Positions 1 to 10,933 of a stretch of DNA of 64,000 nucleotides are shown here, piece after piece. The DNA lies in IMG/VR virus record IMGVR_UViG_651053002_000003, positions 2,520-66,519 of that record; one strand, given 5' to 3'. The first letter of the stretch is position 1; the number at the start of each line of letters is the position of its first letter. This DNA is from a virus. Its lineage: Duplodnaviria > Caudoviricetes. The position numbers and the translations under genes are program-made. Under the pieces are notes generated by a model. The model did not search any database. It was not told the DNA's origin and saw nothing but the letters and a program-made list of their open reading frames with translations.

Positions 1-172
1 TACCGTCAATAACCGCTGTACTAAAAAGAGATAGTCCTTTCGGTAAATCTTCTTTATCTTCCCAAGTTTTCACTCCAGTTTGATCTGCATCTTGAGCTTT
101 CACTGGTACAGTAGTAGTGAGTAACAGGCTTGAAAAAATGAGAAATAAAACTATAATTAGGTTTTTATTCAA
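1..172 (-). CDS. Secreted protein, N-terminus only (runs off window edge)
   Basis: Read manually: GGAG RBS, TTG start, MNKNLIIVLFLIFSSLLLTTTVPVKA-QDADQ signal peptide; open to position 1. Confidence 0.65.
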   Translation of the reverse strand, partial: MNKNLIIVLFLIFSSLLLTTTVPVKAQDADQTGVKTWEDKEDLPKGLSLFSTAVIDG

Positions 173-216
173 AGAAATCACTCTCCAAAAAGTTAATCTA
201 GAAAAGAACAATACTA

Positions 217-243
217 TTATCGGTTAATTTTTAAACTTGTTTA
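217..243 (-). promoter_or_regulatory. SigD-type promoter
   Basis: TAAA-N15-ACCGATAA on minus strand upstream of the 1..172 ORF; SigD consensus is TAAA-N15-GCCGATAT. Confidence 0.55.
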
Positions 244-349
244 TAAATAATGTTCTTCACTTTGTAAAGTATTAGTTCTGCTACCAACCTATTTATAAAC
301 CTGAAACTTTCCAAACGGAATTTTCCGTTTTTATGGGACATTTCCACCT

Positions 350-603
350 TCTGATTTCATTGAAGACATTGTAGCCAATGAATACTTGAAATTGATTTAA
401 GAAGTATTGGATGGTTCTATTGAAGAATATAAGATTCAATTAAACACCACCCCATAGCATATATAAAAGAAGATCAAACAGTCATAGAACACCTTTATTC
501 AGAAAGTGAAAACGATAAAAGCTCCATGGAAACAGAAAAATTCAAAGAACTTATGCTCGTCTGGAGAGACAAGATCCCACAAAGGTATAAGAGTGATGAT
601 TGA
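350..603 (+). pseudogene. Degenerate paralog of the EndoU immunity gene at 13796..14131
   Basis: SDFIEDI...(stop, frameshift)...METEKFKELMLVWRDKIPQ aligns with SDFIENI...IETDQFKELLLIWRNKIPE. Confidence 0.7.
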
Positions 604-703
604 AACTTTAGGTTCCTTGAAATTTAAGGGATCTTTTTATTACTTCAATACCGCTTCAAGTTTCGCTTTGTTTTCGATCCATAAATATAATCTGAAGAAC
701 TAA

Positions 704-886
704 TTAGGAACCGTCTGACACAAGGCACGTATCTTCTTGTTTTATCTGTACCCTCTGTAATAACTCTTCATCAGTCTTACCGATATGTCTATCAATTAGA
801 TGCCCGTCTTTTGCTTCATGAGCAGCTAATCCACCGCCGGGTGCCAGAGGCGTACTATCACCTTGTTTGACATTACCTATGCCCAT
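704..886 (-). pseudogene. Fragment of bacterial RNase A-like polymorphic toxin domain
   Basis: GGGLAAHEAKDGHLIDRHIGKTDEELLQR motif typical of CdiA-CT RNase A-like toxins; truncated. Confidence 0.6.
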
Positions 887-1175
887 GTTGTTAGAAGTTT
901 CAGATCTTCTGAGAACAATAAAACCTTAACTTTAACACCAAATCATTATGTAGACGGACCGATTATTGATGTTGCATGATGGAAAAATAATCTGAGTGTT
1001 CAAAAAAATGCAAACGGTGAGCAGGTATACATCAAAATATATTCAATTTGTTTTTAAAATACCGGATTGCCTCATCTTGCTCTTTATTTAAAATGTTAAT
1101 CATTAAATCATGCTCCCTTAAGTATAATGTTTAAGTGTTTTTATATGGGGGAATACGTGTTAGGAGGTGGTTTAT

Positions 1176-1412
1176 TTGGAAAATAATCAGAAAATAACGC
1201 TAAACTCTTCTTTCGCGTTATCCACTCTTATTGTCTTACTTATAGCATTGTTCCCGGCCTATTCCTCTTGGTTTGTCACGATATTCTTTTTAGGATTTGC
1301 ACTAATATACACATTTGAAAAAAATAAGAGTAAATCCTCAAAATTAATTGCCATTATCTCTTATCCATTGTTTGTTGTTGCATTGGTTTACAGCATAATA
1401 AACAGTATGTAA
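1176..1412 (+). CDS. Small multi-pass membrane protein
   Basis: AGGAGG RBS, hydrophobic ORF of ~78 aa. Confidence 0.65.
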   Translation: MENNQKITLNSSFALSTLIVLLIALFPAYSSWFVTIFFLGFALIYTFEKNKSKSSKLIAIISYPLFVVALVYSIINSM

Positions 1413-1749
1413 TAATCCTCCCATCTATAGGGAGTTAGAAAACTTTCCAGTTCATACGATTCTCAATCTTCAGGAATGTAAACAGAATAACGTTCCGCAT
1501 CATCCTCTGAAATCCGGATCCATTTATAATCCCCTACAAACCAAAACCGCGGTGCAGCTTAAGAGTCAGTATTTTGTGTTTTCAACTCTTGCTGAAGTTC
1601 TTTTAAAAACTGAATATCTTAATTCATTCGTTCCTCCTATTCATCTATTTAAAATCACGATTTTAATTTAATTTTAATGTGTTTCATCTTGAGAAAATCC
1701 CCTTTAATTGGTAAACTCGTACCTAACTTACATACGAGTGGGTGTTGCC

Positions 1750-2124
1750 TTGAATAAAACAATCGGAATTACTGGATTAATCATTAGCCTAGCAGTGCAA
1801 TCATTTTCGGCTGATGAATCGCTATCCCACAAGATTGCTACGGCTTTGTTATTTGTATCAATAATGATTTATAACTTTGAACATGCTAAAGATTATTCTA
1901 AAAAGTCACTTGTAATTTTAGGAGTTACCTTTATTCTTTTTATGCTAGGAATTTATCAACTTCTCTCTTTTACCAGCGATTACTTTGAAAAGCTTAATGT
2001 GAATTTTAGATATATCCTCTTATTTGAAATAGCATTAATTATTGCATTGGTAACGATTGCAGTAAACGTAATGAAGTACATTGCGAATCGGTTAAGGAAA
2101 TCACCTAATGGTAAAGGGTTATAA
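1750..2124 (+). CDS. Multi-pass membrane protein
   Basis: About four hydrophobic segments, basic C-terminus. Confidence 0.6.
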   Translation: MNKTIGITGLIISLAVQSFSADESLSHKIATALLFVSIMIYNFEHAKDYSKKSLVILGVTFILFMLGIYQLLSFTSDYFEKLNVNFRYILLFEIALIIALVTIAVNVMKYIANRLRKSPNGKGL

Positions 2125-2137
2125 CTCTTTGGCTTTT

Positions 2138-2347
2138 TTATGCTAAATGCTTCTTTCTATGCGATCTTTTATGTTCAAATGCGATATCAACTTTTACCGG
2201 TTCCTGCTCTTTTGCTACTCGTTCCGTAACAACAATCAGTTGTCCATTTGCCTGGCGGTCAACGCTATGAACTGAATATCCTTTGGCAGCGTAATATTCA
2301 CCAATAACCTCATCAACGTGGTTGCTAAGTAGATTTGTCTTAATCAT
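2138..2347 (-). CDS. Hypothetical phage-related protein
   Basis: GGAGG RBS, 69 aa ORF. Confidence 0.55.
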   Translation of the reverse strand: MIKTNLLSNHVDEVIGEYYAAKGYSVHSVDRQANGQLIVVTERVAKEQEPVKVDIAFEHKRSHRKKHLA

Positions 2348-2797
2348 CTAAATAACCTCCATTTATTGTATTTTTATTCTCTATTTGTTTATATTTATTC
2401 CATCTTCAGCCACACTCTAATCCATCTCTAGTACAGTTTCCGGGTCTATCACAACCTTTTTGATTTCGCCTTCTTTCAATTCTCAATAAATTCACTATAA
2501 TTGCTCAGCTGAAATAAGAAGATTGTCTTTAAGGCAAAGCATTTCCTCTATCTGTTTACCATGTGATCTAAAGTGAAAATCAAAAATTTCTATAGATTCT
2601 TATTATATATTGCAACTACCATAACTCCCCTTACAAATTTCAAAAGTAATAATTCTTAAAACATCTTAATATTCGCATTCAAATGACATTAGTTGACACA
2701 AAAATTCCATATATATGGTAATAACTTCGCTATTTCTCTAATAACTTAAACCATATAATGGAATTGCAAGAAAAAATATATGAAATGGGGGATTTAC

Positions 2798-3073
2798 ATG
2801 AGTTACAAAAAAGTATTAACAGGTGTTGCATTATCGGTTGGTTTACTTGTTTCAGGATCTCCTGCGTTCGCTGCAAGCGCAAGCACGGATCAAGAAATAG
2901 CAAATGTTGCAAGTGATGATTTTAAAGCTCAAGCTATCACTTGGGATCTACCTAGCACTACAGGTATTTTTGCCAACACATTTGATCGAGACGGAATCCG
3001 CTGGTATTTAAAAGGTATTACAAAAGTCTCGGAAGGCCATTGGATTGGTCATTACGAAGGTGTACGATTATAA
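2798..3073 (+). CDS. LCI-family antimicrobial peptide precursor
   Basis: Signal peptide (AFA), acidic pro-region, mature AITWDLPSTTGIFANTFDRDGIRWYLKG...HWIGHYEG resembling LCI (SPNGNFAASFVLDGTKWIFK...YWVGIYE); terminator at 3085-3107. Confidence 0.75.
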   Translation: MSYKKVLTGVALSVGLLVSGSPAFAASASTDQEIANVASDDFKAQAITWDLPSTTGIFANTFDRDGIRWYLKGITKVSEGHWIGHYEGVRL

Positions 3074-3539
3074 AGATTGCAATTGGGGGCTTCTAGCTCC
3101 CTTTTTTAACTTCAAAAACCACTTCTTCGAGTAATATTAAAATATGAACTTACTATAGCGTTTTATTATTGATTATTTTGCCCAGTCCTCTCTGAATAAA
3201 AAAATCCTTTTATTGTGATTCTGTTGCCTTAATTAAAAATCTCATTCTTTCCTTCTTTGTTTTGGTGAAATCGTTGCATTTTTTCAAAATGTCCTGAAAC
3301 AAGTGAAATGGAATTGGATTTAAACCAAGGATTCTGACCTTATTACAATAGCCCCCGTAATAGGCTTACTCGTATTCCTTCTGCTCTGATCTTGAAGTAA
3401 ATGGATTCACTTGTCTTCTCCCTTCTGACTAACTAAATATCTTAATAACATTCTTTAATTCAACATTTAAATTCTGCGCCAAACAATGAAATGGCTTATC
3501 ATGTTGGTTCAAATGTTTATTCTCAAAGTGCGCTACGAA

Positions 3540-3830
3540 ATCTTAGCTCGTATTCGAATAACTGTACTATCGGGATTGAAATGGGCCAAAACGATATGAC
3601 AGGTAAGCCTCAGGCGCAACATATGAAAAAACATTAGAGCTAGCTTGCTCCCTCTTGAAAAAATACGGCCTGACACACGAAAACCTTTGGACTCACCATC
3701 AGGTTGTTGGGTGGAAAGATTGTCATAGATACTTCACTAACAATCCATCAGATTGGGTTCGATTTGTGCAAGACGCTTCTAAAATTCTAACTGGAAATCT
3801 GTCACGATTCCTACCCCTACTCCAACCAAC
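3540..3830 (+). pseudogene. N-acetylmuramoyl-L-alanine amidase fragment
   Basis: NNCTIGIEM...KKYGLTHENLWTHHQVVGWKDCHRY = Amidase_2 C-terminal motifs; frameshifted, no start. Confidence 0.6.
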
Positions 3831-4115
3831 ATCAGTTGAAACTCTGATGAAAAGTTTCATTTGCGGATTTACTATGTGAATTCTTGGATCATCTGGAATC
3901 TCAAATAACCGGGAGCCAGTCTTGATTCCATAATCTTTTTTAAGTGCAGGAGACGCTGCTAAGACAACACTTCCCTGTCTATCCGTGTTTCCGACTACAG
4001 CGAGATAACATGTCATTGGATTCAATCCCATTGTTACAGCTGAAACCGAAGCATAAAAGGATTTCATATCTACACAAAGTATATTTTTACGTGGAAACTG
4101 TGAGTAATCAATCAT
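3830..4115 (-). pseudogene. uvrX: Truncated UvrX/YobH Y-family DNA polymerase (N-terminus only)
   Basis: ILCVDMKSFYASV and SVVLAASPALKK motifs; similarity ends after ~95 aa at the junction with the amidase fragment. Confidence 0.8.
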
Positions 4116-4437
4116 TGTAAGCAACTCCTATGATGTCATTCATGGTGATGTATACGATTTGATCGTGATGATCTTTTATGTGTAATTTGTGTTGTTCGTA
4201 ATTGAGATATTGAACTGTACCGATTAAATCCTCAGCAACCCCTTCTTTAAAGAGCTTAAACTTTAGTTCTTTATTCAGTGCCATTGCTTCAGAAACCAAG
4301 ATGTCAATCTCCTCAATTTGTTGTTCATCTAAAGATGGCTCCATTTTCGAAACATCCAACAAGTCATGTTTTAGTTGCGTTAAATATTCTGGAAGCATCA
4401 TGGAAGTCCAATTGATTGTTCCTCGATCTCTAAGCAT
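4108..4437 (-). CDS. YolD-like protein
   Basis: MLRDRGTINWTSMMLPE signature; directly upstream of uvrX. Confidence 0.85.
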   Translation of the reverse strand: MLRDRGTINWTSMMLPEYLTQLKHDLLDVSKMEPSLDEQQIEEIDILVSEAMALNKELKFKLFKEGVAEDLIGTVQYLNYEQHKLHIKDHHDQIVYITMNDIIGVAYND

Positions 4438-4470
4438 TTTGAATCACTCCTTTATCGATCTAACATTAAC

Positions 4471-4514
4471 AGAACAAACGTTCTTTATTCAATATAAATA
4501 AGAACAATAGTTCG
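4471..4514. promoter_or_regulatory. Two LexA/DinR SOS boxes
   Basis: AGAACAAACGTTCT (4471-4484) and AGAACAATAGTTCG (4501-4514) upstream of yolD-uvrX. Confidence 0.75.
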
Positions 4515-4596
4515 ATGTAGTTGTTGGAAATAAAGTATAAAGTTCAATGATATATGTAATATTACATAGGAGAATTTCTTTTCGTACAAAGAGAAT

Positions 4597-4755
4597 ATGA
4601 AGGTGAATGAAGCAAAGCTCCATGAATATTTAAAAGAAAATCTGTCTAGAGAAGCAAAGGAAAAATATAAGATTTATATATTCACAGATGAGGAGGATCA
4701 TTTGTTCAGAGAAGATCATCGAAAATATTTTCAAAAAAACAAATTTGATAAGTGA
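4597..4755 (+). pseudogene. C-terminal fragment of a YozM-like protein
   Basis: EAKLHEYLKENLSREAKEKYKIYIF is similar to the C-terminus of 9278..9613. Confidence 0.6.
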
Positions 4756-4890
4756 AAACGCCCAGCAATTAAACTGGACGTTAATTCGCTCCTATTTCAA
4801 AGCTACCCTATAATGTATTAAATTATAGGGTAATTTTTAAAAATGCTTCGATGGATATATAGATTACTCCTAATGAACATTAATTATTCT

Positions 4891-7800
4891 TTATTTTTTT
4901 TTAGTATTCACGCGTAATTTCTTTCCGCTTTCTTCTTTAACAGAGGATACATAGTTTTTCGACTTTAATGCAGTTGCCAACGCTTTATTAGTTCTATTAT
5001 TTAAGATCTTTATTCGCCTACCTTTTTCAACTATTTCGGAGTAAGGTTTCCCCATTTTAGTTAAATATTCAGTAATTAAATCATTATCGATATACTTTAT
5101 TTGTCCCGTTAGCAATGATAACCTAGTATCCATTGTTGCGGGTGATTCAAGTAAAAAGTCAAGTAGATCATTGGTTATTTTCAGGTTATGCTCATTAATG
5201 AAATAAATTGTATCTTCAAGGATGTCTTTATTTCCATCTGTCATAAAGTTAGATTTTAACTGCTGTACAAAGTATTCTTTGTTAAATTGAGAAAAGTCTT
5301 TGCTATCTATGAGTTGCTTTACATCATTTGCATCAAGCGGAAAATCTCCTTGTTTTTTAATAAACTCATCAGAATTTCTTACAACAAGTCGAGTATGAAG
5401 TGCATCGAAATTTAATTTTAACTCTTTAAAATTTTCGAATGTTAGAGATAACAAATCATTCTCAATCATTAATTTTGCTCTTGTTTCAGTGACATTTCCG
5501 AACGGAAAGTGATCCCAAGAGTGGATGCTAGGAATCAACATCTCGAATGTTTTGTCTGTTATATCTCTACTATTAACGATTTCTTCTGAAATATCTTCTA
5601 AAATCACTTCGTCAAATCTATCATTAAGTGCCTCTATATTACTCTCAGAAAGCACACGCCAATTATCTGGATCATTTAGGAAATCTGTCAGGAAGTTCGG
5701 AATTGTTTTGTTGTACTCGATATAAGATGTAATAACATTTGACCAGTCTGCAATCATTTTATTTTCTTGAATCACTATAGGCCACAATTCTTTAGGTAAT
5801 TCACCGATATTCGAGATGGTAAAACTTTTTTTCATGATAATTGAATGTTTAACTTCCACATCTAGCCCTTCCCAATTTAATAGTTCCAGTACACTTTCCT
5901 CTGGTTCCTCAGTTTCCTCAGTAAGTAGAACTTTTTTAACAAATACTGCAATATTTTCATTTACGTAATCAATGACAGCCTGTTGACCAGAATTTTTAAC
6001 TGCAGCATACGTTACACTGGGAGTATTATTTAAAATAACCGATAAATTATTGGTATTGATTTCGTACAGATTATGTTGAACAACAAAGTCGTATATTGTT
6101 TCTGAGTTTAGTATATGCTCCAAACGTTTAAATTTAACTGAAAGTTTTATAAGTAGTTCTTTCGTTTTCCTTTCTTCAGGTACTAGCGCAAGAAAATCGG
6201 AGTGCTTTGATAATTTACAAGATATAGCTGACTCTTTATCCATTCGGATAATATCATCAGTATCAACATATGCGAGTATATCTGCCAAGTATTCATTTTT
6301 TTTCTGTTCTGTATAATCGGATTTATGTTCAATATAATTCCAAAAATCATCCCACTTATTAGATATCGATTGAATAAATGTAGCTTTTATTGTCGCTCTT
6401 TCTTTAAAACCATCTATGAAGGTAAGAGATGCTCCTCTTCCATTTACCAATTGTTCAATTATATGGTCATAACAACTTTGATAATCAGGATGTTCCATTA
6501 TATAATTCAAAAGATCATAGTTGAGTACCTCTACTTGCTTAAATTCATCACCAGCAAGCTTCTTCATAATTTTAGTTTTATTCTCTAATGGATATTCAAA
6601 AGGTAGTGATTCATGGTTTTTAATACTAAATACAAATTGAATATCGGATAGGCTCAAATTTTCCGGATAAAAATAAGTAATATAATGGTTATACAATTCA
6701 TCAATATATCCATGGCGCAACAAGTAAACAAGTAACTTTTTCTCGTAGATTTCATCCGAAAAAACGGTTTTCGATTCGCTTTTAGCAATTAGTGTTTGTA
6801 AAGATTGTACACTTATTTCTTGTTTTTCTTTTTTTAATTGTGATAGTTCTTTTTTTAGCTCTTGGATTTTATTTTGCTCTATAACTCTAACGGCTTCTTC
6901 TCTTTCAAAATAGTTTGGTTTCCTATTGAAAACGGTTGCAATATCTTTAATTGTCGCTGTACCATTCTTGTCTCTTAAATAACAATGGACAGTATCGGCA
7001 TTTTTCAACTTTTCAAAAAATTGATCTGTATTAGCTGTGTTGCTTCTAAATCGCTCGCCATCTATCTGAATATAATAACTATTAGGTGAATTCAAATTTG
7101 ATATCCCTAATTCGCCCAAGTATATAAAATTTAATTCAGCAATTGATTTTAATGGTTCAACTTCTGCACTCGCTATTGTCATCTCTATTTGTTGTATTTT
7201 TGCATCAATTAAGTTAATTTGTTCCTTAATTATGCGTTGTTTTTTTGAAAGAGTTCATATACCAACCCTTTATTATATTGTAATTTAGAAAAATCCACGG
7301 GATAAATATTCTTGTAGATTATCATTGCCAACAATTTGTTAGCATCAAGATCAATAGCACTTAATTTTTGTTGGTATATTACAAATTCATTAAAAATATT
7401 CTTTAATACTCTCATGTCATCAATGTAAATTGTTACATCTTCTAGAAAATAATCGTTTACCAATTCCGAGTAAGGTGAATATTTTATTTTCTTTTTAAGC
7501 AAATCTCCTGAATTAGATGCATTAATAATAGGTATTACTGGGATTATAAAATCAAAAAATTTCGTACGGTCTTTAGTTAACTTATCTGAATCTACATCTC
7601 CAAAAATATCATCTTTTATCGCATATATAAAAACCACACGTCTATCTATTTGTTCTGAATTATTTATAAGTTCATTCAATTCCCTCAGTTTTTCAAAAAT
7701 ATCGATAATATCAAAGCGATCTAAATCTTCAAAAATTACAACATTATATTTGGAGGCTTCAAAAAAATACAATATTTCATCTAAATATTTATCAAATATT

Positions 7801-8504
7801 GAGGAGCTCTCTTCTCCTGAATTCTTTTCTAACGTTGCGTTAGCAATTGTCACCTTATTTAGTTTTAAGTTAGCGTGAACAAAATGATAAATTCTTTTAC
7901 ATACAAATAAAGGATATATTATAAAAAAAAGTGTTAATAATGTAGTTAGTATTATTTGTTGCCGATCTCCACCACCAAGACTCCTTGAAATTAATGTCTC
8001 AGCATATATGTCTTTAAGTACATCAGGATTAATAAGGTATGTACCAACTATAATGAATGTAAAAAAGGAAATCAATTTTAGGATTATACTCTTCGTTCTT
8101 ATATGCTTAATTCTTTTAAACCTTGAGAAAGGAAGGGTTCGGTCTTGTACCCGGTATATCATTTGTTGCAGGATGCTTTTCTCTAATTTATTTTCCACAT
8201 CATTGTTATCTGTGTGGAATGTAGCTAAGGATATATTTAAGAAACTATATTCCTTACTATGTTGTTCCTGATAGGTATTTAATATGCTACTTTTTCCAGA
8301 TCCATAAGGGCCAGTCAGTGCGATATTTTTCACTTTTTTATTTTTTAACCCCCAACTTAGTGCTTCTGAATATTTCCCATCAGTATCAACATCATTGCTA
8401 GGAGTAAGATCTTCAAAGAGACTCTCTGCCTTAACATTGGATTCATCTAATTTAATCTGAAGTTTCTGTAACCAGTTCATAATTTTTTGTTTGAATTTCC
8501 CCAA
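4891..8504 (-). pseudogene. yobI: YobI-like (KAP-family) P-loop NTPase split by a 1-nt frameshift
   Basis: Walker A GPYGSGKSS, two TM segments, Walker B VVIFEDLDRF, RTKFFDFIIPV; one extra A in the A7 run (7240-7246) joins the 424 aa and 763 aa ORFs into ~1200 aa. Confidence 0.8.
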
Positions 8505-8913
8505 AAAAATATTTCCTTTCTATGCAATTTTTAGATTATTAAATTAGCAAGTTGCAAATGCCAGTCGAGATGAAAATTAATTACATGGTATCTTTAACTG
8601 ACCTTAGTTCTATCTCTACAATTGACTTTCATATTTTAAATTGTAACATGAGAGGCAAAATATGTGTTTAATTAAGTATGTAATTAAATCTCTCTTTGAG
8701 TTTAAACCATCTTAAAAATTAAGTCTCTTAAAATGACCATTAACATAAAAAAAGAACTTGCAAAATGCAGGTTCTTTTTTTATTGTCAATTTATTGTGAA
8801 TTTTTAACGACAAGGGCATTTTATGTATAGTATAATATTTCCTGTACATTAAAGCATGCTCACTCAAGGGAGTCTTGCTCACCTCCATGTCTCAAACAGA
8901 GGAGGTGAGGCCA

Positions 8914-8994
8914 ATGTCAACTTTTCAAGTATTAGTACTCATGCTTGGATTTGGGTCATTTATAATTGCATTGTTGACCTATATAAAAAAATAG
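8914..8994 (+). CDS. bsrE: BsrE-like type I toxin peptide (26 aa)
   Basis: MSTFQVLVLMLGFGSFIIALLTYIKK; GGAGG RBS with complementary CCTCC upstream; TATAAT near 8831. Confidence 0.85.
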   Translation: MSTFQVLVLMLGFGSFIIALLTYIKK

Positions 8995-9170
8995 ACCTCC
9001 CTTGAGCCCTGGAAAAGTTTAAGGGATGGTCTATTCGGTAGATCTGAGCAAGCCCTTTTGTGGGCAGCTTTAGTACAAACAATGACCTGTGGGTGTTGGC
9101 GCACCCCTGGTCTTCTTTTATTTTATGCATTTTTTAAGAAAGAAATACGCAACCAATCAAATGTCTTACA
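8985..9170 (-). ncRNA. SR5-like antitoxin RNA
   Basis: Convergent extended -10 TGtTATAAT (9177-9185, minus); overlaps the toxin 3' region as in bsrE/SR5; ends approximate. Confidence 0.6.
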
Positions 9171-9277
9171 GTTCTGATTATAACACATTAAGCGAAACCA
9201 TTGAAATAATTTGCAAAACTTTTGTTTTATGGATAAAACTATTATTTTATTTGGACTCGATAAGTATCTTTAATGTA

Positions 9278-9613
9278 TCAATGTGCTTTATTACTTTCCA
9301 AATACTTTTCATGTTGTCTTTCTAAAACATTAATATCCTCTTTAATAATCTTAACTTCATATTTTTCTTTATCTTCATCGGATAAGTTGTCGTTTAAATA
9401 GCGCCGTAATTCTTCTTCACTTTTTGTTTTATCCATCCCAATTGATATGACTGGGTCTGTTTCTCCAATTCCAAAGCTAAATAAGCCAAATTCATCCCAT
9501 GCACTTTCTAATACTTCCTCAGTGGATCTTTGATTTTTAAGAGGATGTGAAACTATGCTATACATGATCACAGAACAAACAATAACCAAGACTCCAATTA
9601 ATTTCTTTTTCAT
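9278..9613 (-). CDS. YozM-like membrane-anchored protein
   Basis: N-terminal TM; EVLESAWDEFGLFSF motif. Confidence 0.7.
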   Translation of the reverse strand: MKKKLIGVLVIVCSVIMYSIVSHPLKNQRSTEEVLESAWDEFGLFSFGIGETDPVISIGMDKTKSEEELRRYLNDNLSDEDKEKYEVKIIKEDINVLERQHEKYLESNKAH

Positions 9614-9816
9614 TGTCTCCTCCTTTTCATTTCAAGATTACCACAAAATACAATAAATGGAAAAATAATTCCTTACCAACAGTATCTTATTCATTACGGG
9701 TTGGTTTTGAGAGGATAAATGCTAATCCGTATCTTAAAAACGATCTAAATAGATTAGCATAAGTTTACCGTCAATCACCGTTTGCGAGAGTAACCTCTCA
9801 TACATTCACGGGAATT

Positions 9817-10278
9817 CTATTTTAATTTTTTTAGGAGTTTTACATATTCACCATATTCGTCTTCGCCAAGAAATAAAACGGTTGTAAAGCCCTTCTTTTC
9901 ATATAGATGTCTTGCGTTTAAGTTATCTGTATCTACACCGAGTGTTATTTCCTCATATCCAAGGTGTTTTGCATAATCAATCAAATAATCAACAATAATA
10001 CCGCCTATCCCACGATTTCGATATCCTTCTTTAACAATCATACGAGATAGATAAATGCGTTTATCTGGAATAGTATAATCTGGGTCATTTTTTTGAAAAA
10101 CTAATGATCCTTCTCCTATAAACTCGTCATTCACTGAATAAATAAAAGTAATTCTGTTTCCGCTTACTAATTCGTCGTAAAACATCTTAGCCATTTTCTT
10201 TTTCTTTTCCACATCCCAAATATTGCCACACTTATTGTAGTCTTCGGGTTTTAATTTCTTTATTTGGTACGAATCCAT
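9817..10278 (-). CDS. GNAT acetyltransferase
   Basis: YRNRGIGG acetyl-CoA motif, NLNARHLYEKKGF. Confidence 0.85.
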   Translation of the reverse strand: MDSYQIKKLKPEDYNKCGNIWDVEKKKKMAKMFYDELVSGNRITFIYSVNDEFIGEGSLVFQKNDPDYTIPDKRIYLSRMIVKEGYRNRGIGGIIVDYLIDYAKHLGYEEITLGVDTDNLNARHLYEKKGFTTVLFLGEDEYGEYVKLLKKLK

Positions 10279-10389
10279 AGCCTCTCTCCCTTTTTAAAAT
10301 TATTTAAGAAAAAAGCTCTCTTTCTGAGAGCTTACCTTTGCAATACTTTTGTTTAACTGTTTAGTAATCATCATCTAAATATCCCATCA

Positions 10390-10850
10390 TCTTCTTCAAT
10401 AATCAAACCATGAAGTCAGAAAAAGAATTAGCGACCAAAAATGTGTCTTTCACTCCATCTGTCATTTCATGATCCAAAAAATAAACCTTTCCTGTTGCTT
10501 CTTCTTTCACACCCAGACAAATTTGATCTCCTCCGTCAGCATCAGCAATCGGAATAATCCAGTCTGGCATTTGTTCTTCATAAGCTACTGTCATTGATTT
10601 AACATCAAAGTCTTTATCATCCACGCCAAATCCGTAAAACAACCCCAGTCTTAAAAGATTATTGCTGGCTAAAGGATTTTAAGAGTGGGAATAACACATT
10701 GTCAGCTTGTATCGTGCTTCCACCATATCTTATTACAAAATCTTTGTACACCTCATCAAGGTTTATGTTTAATTCGTTTTCAAATGCTTAAATTTTTCTT
10801 TTGCTTTCTGATTCATTGCTTGAAGCGTTGCCCATCCAAAACAGGACGGG
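10390..10850 (-). pseudogene. Degenerate SMI1/KNR4 immunity protein
   Basis: IPIADADGGDQICL...VYFLDHE...VANSFSDF; N-terminal part frameshifted; limits approximate. Confidence 0.7.
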
Positions 10851-10933
10851 GGTTTACGTTTTATTTCACAATCGTGATATTATATTGAATTTATAAGAGT
10901 AATTTGGTAGATATACATTTTATAAGAGAATTA

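Noticed and set aside
506-703. 65 aa ORF
   Set aside because: Off-frame reading of the immunity pseudogene
9089-9325. 78 aa hydrophobic ORF
   Set aside because: Overlaps the TA terminator, antitoxin promoter and yozM-like 3' end; no clear RBS
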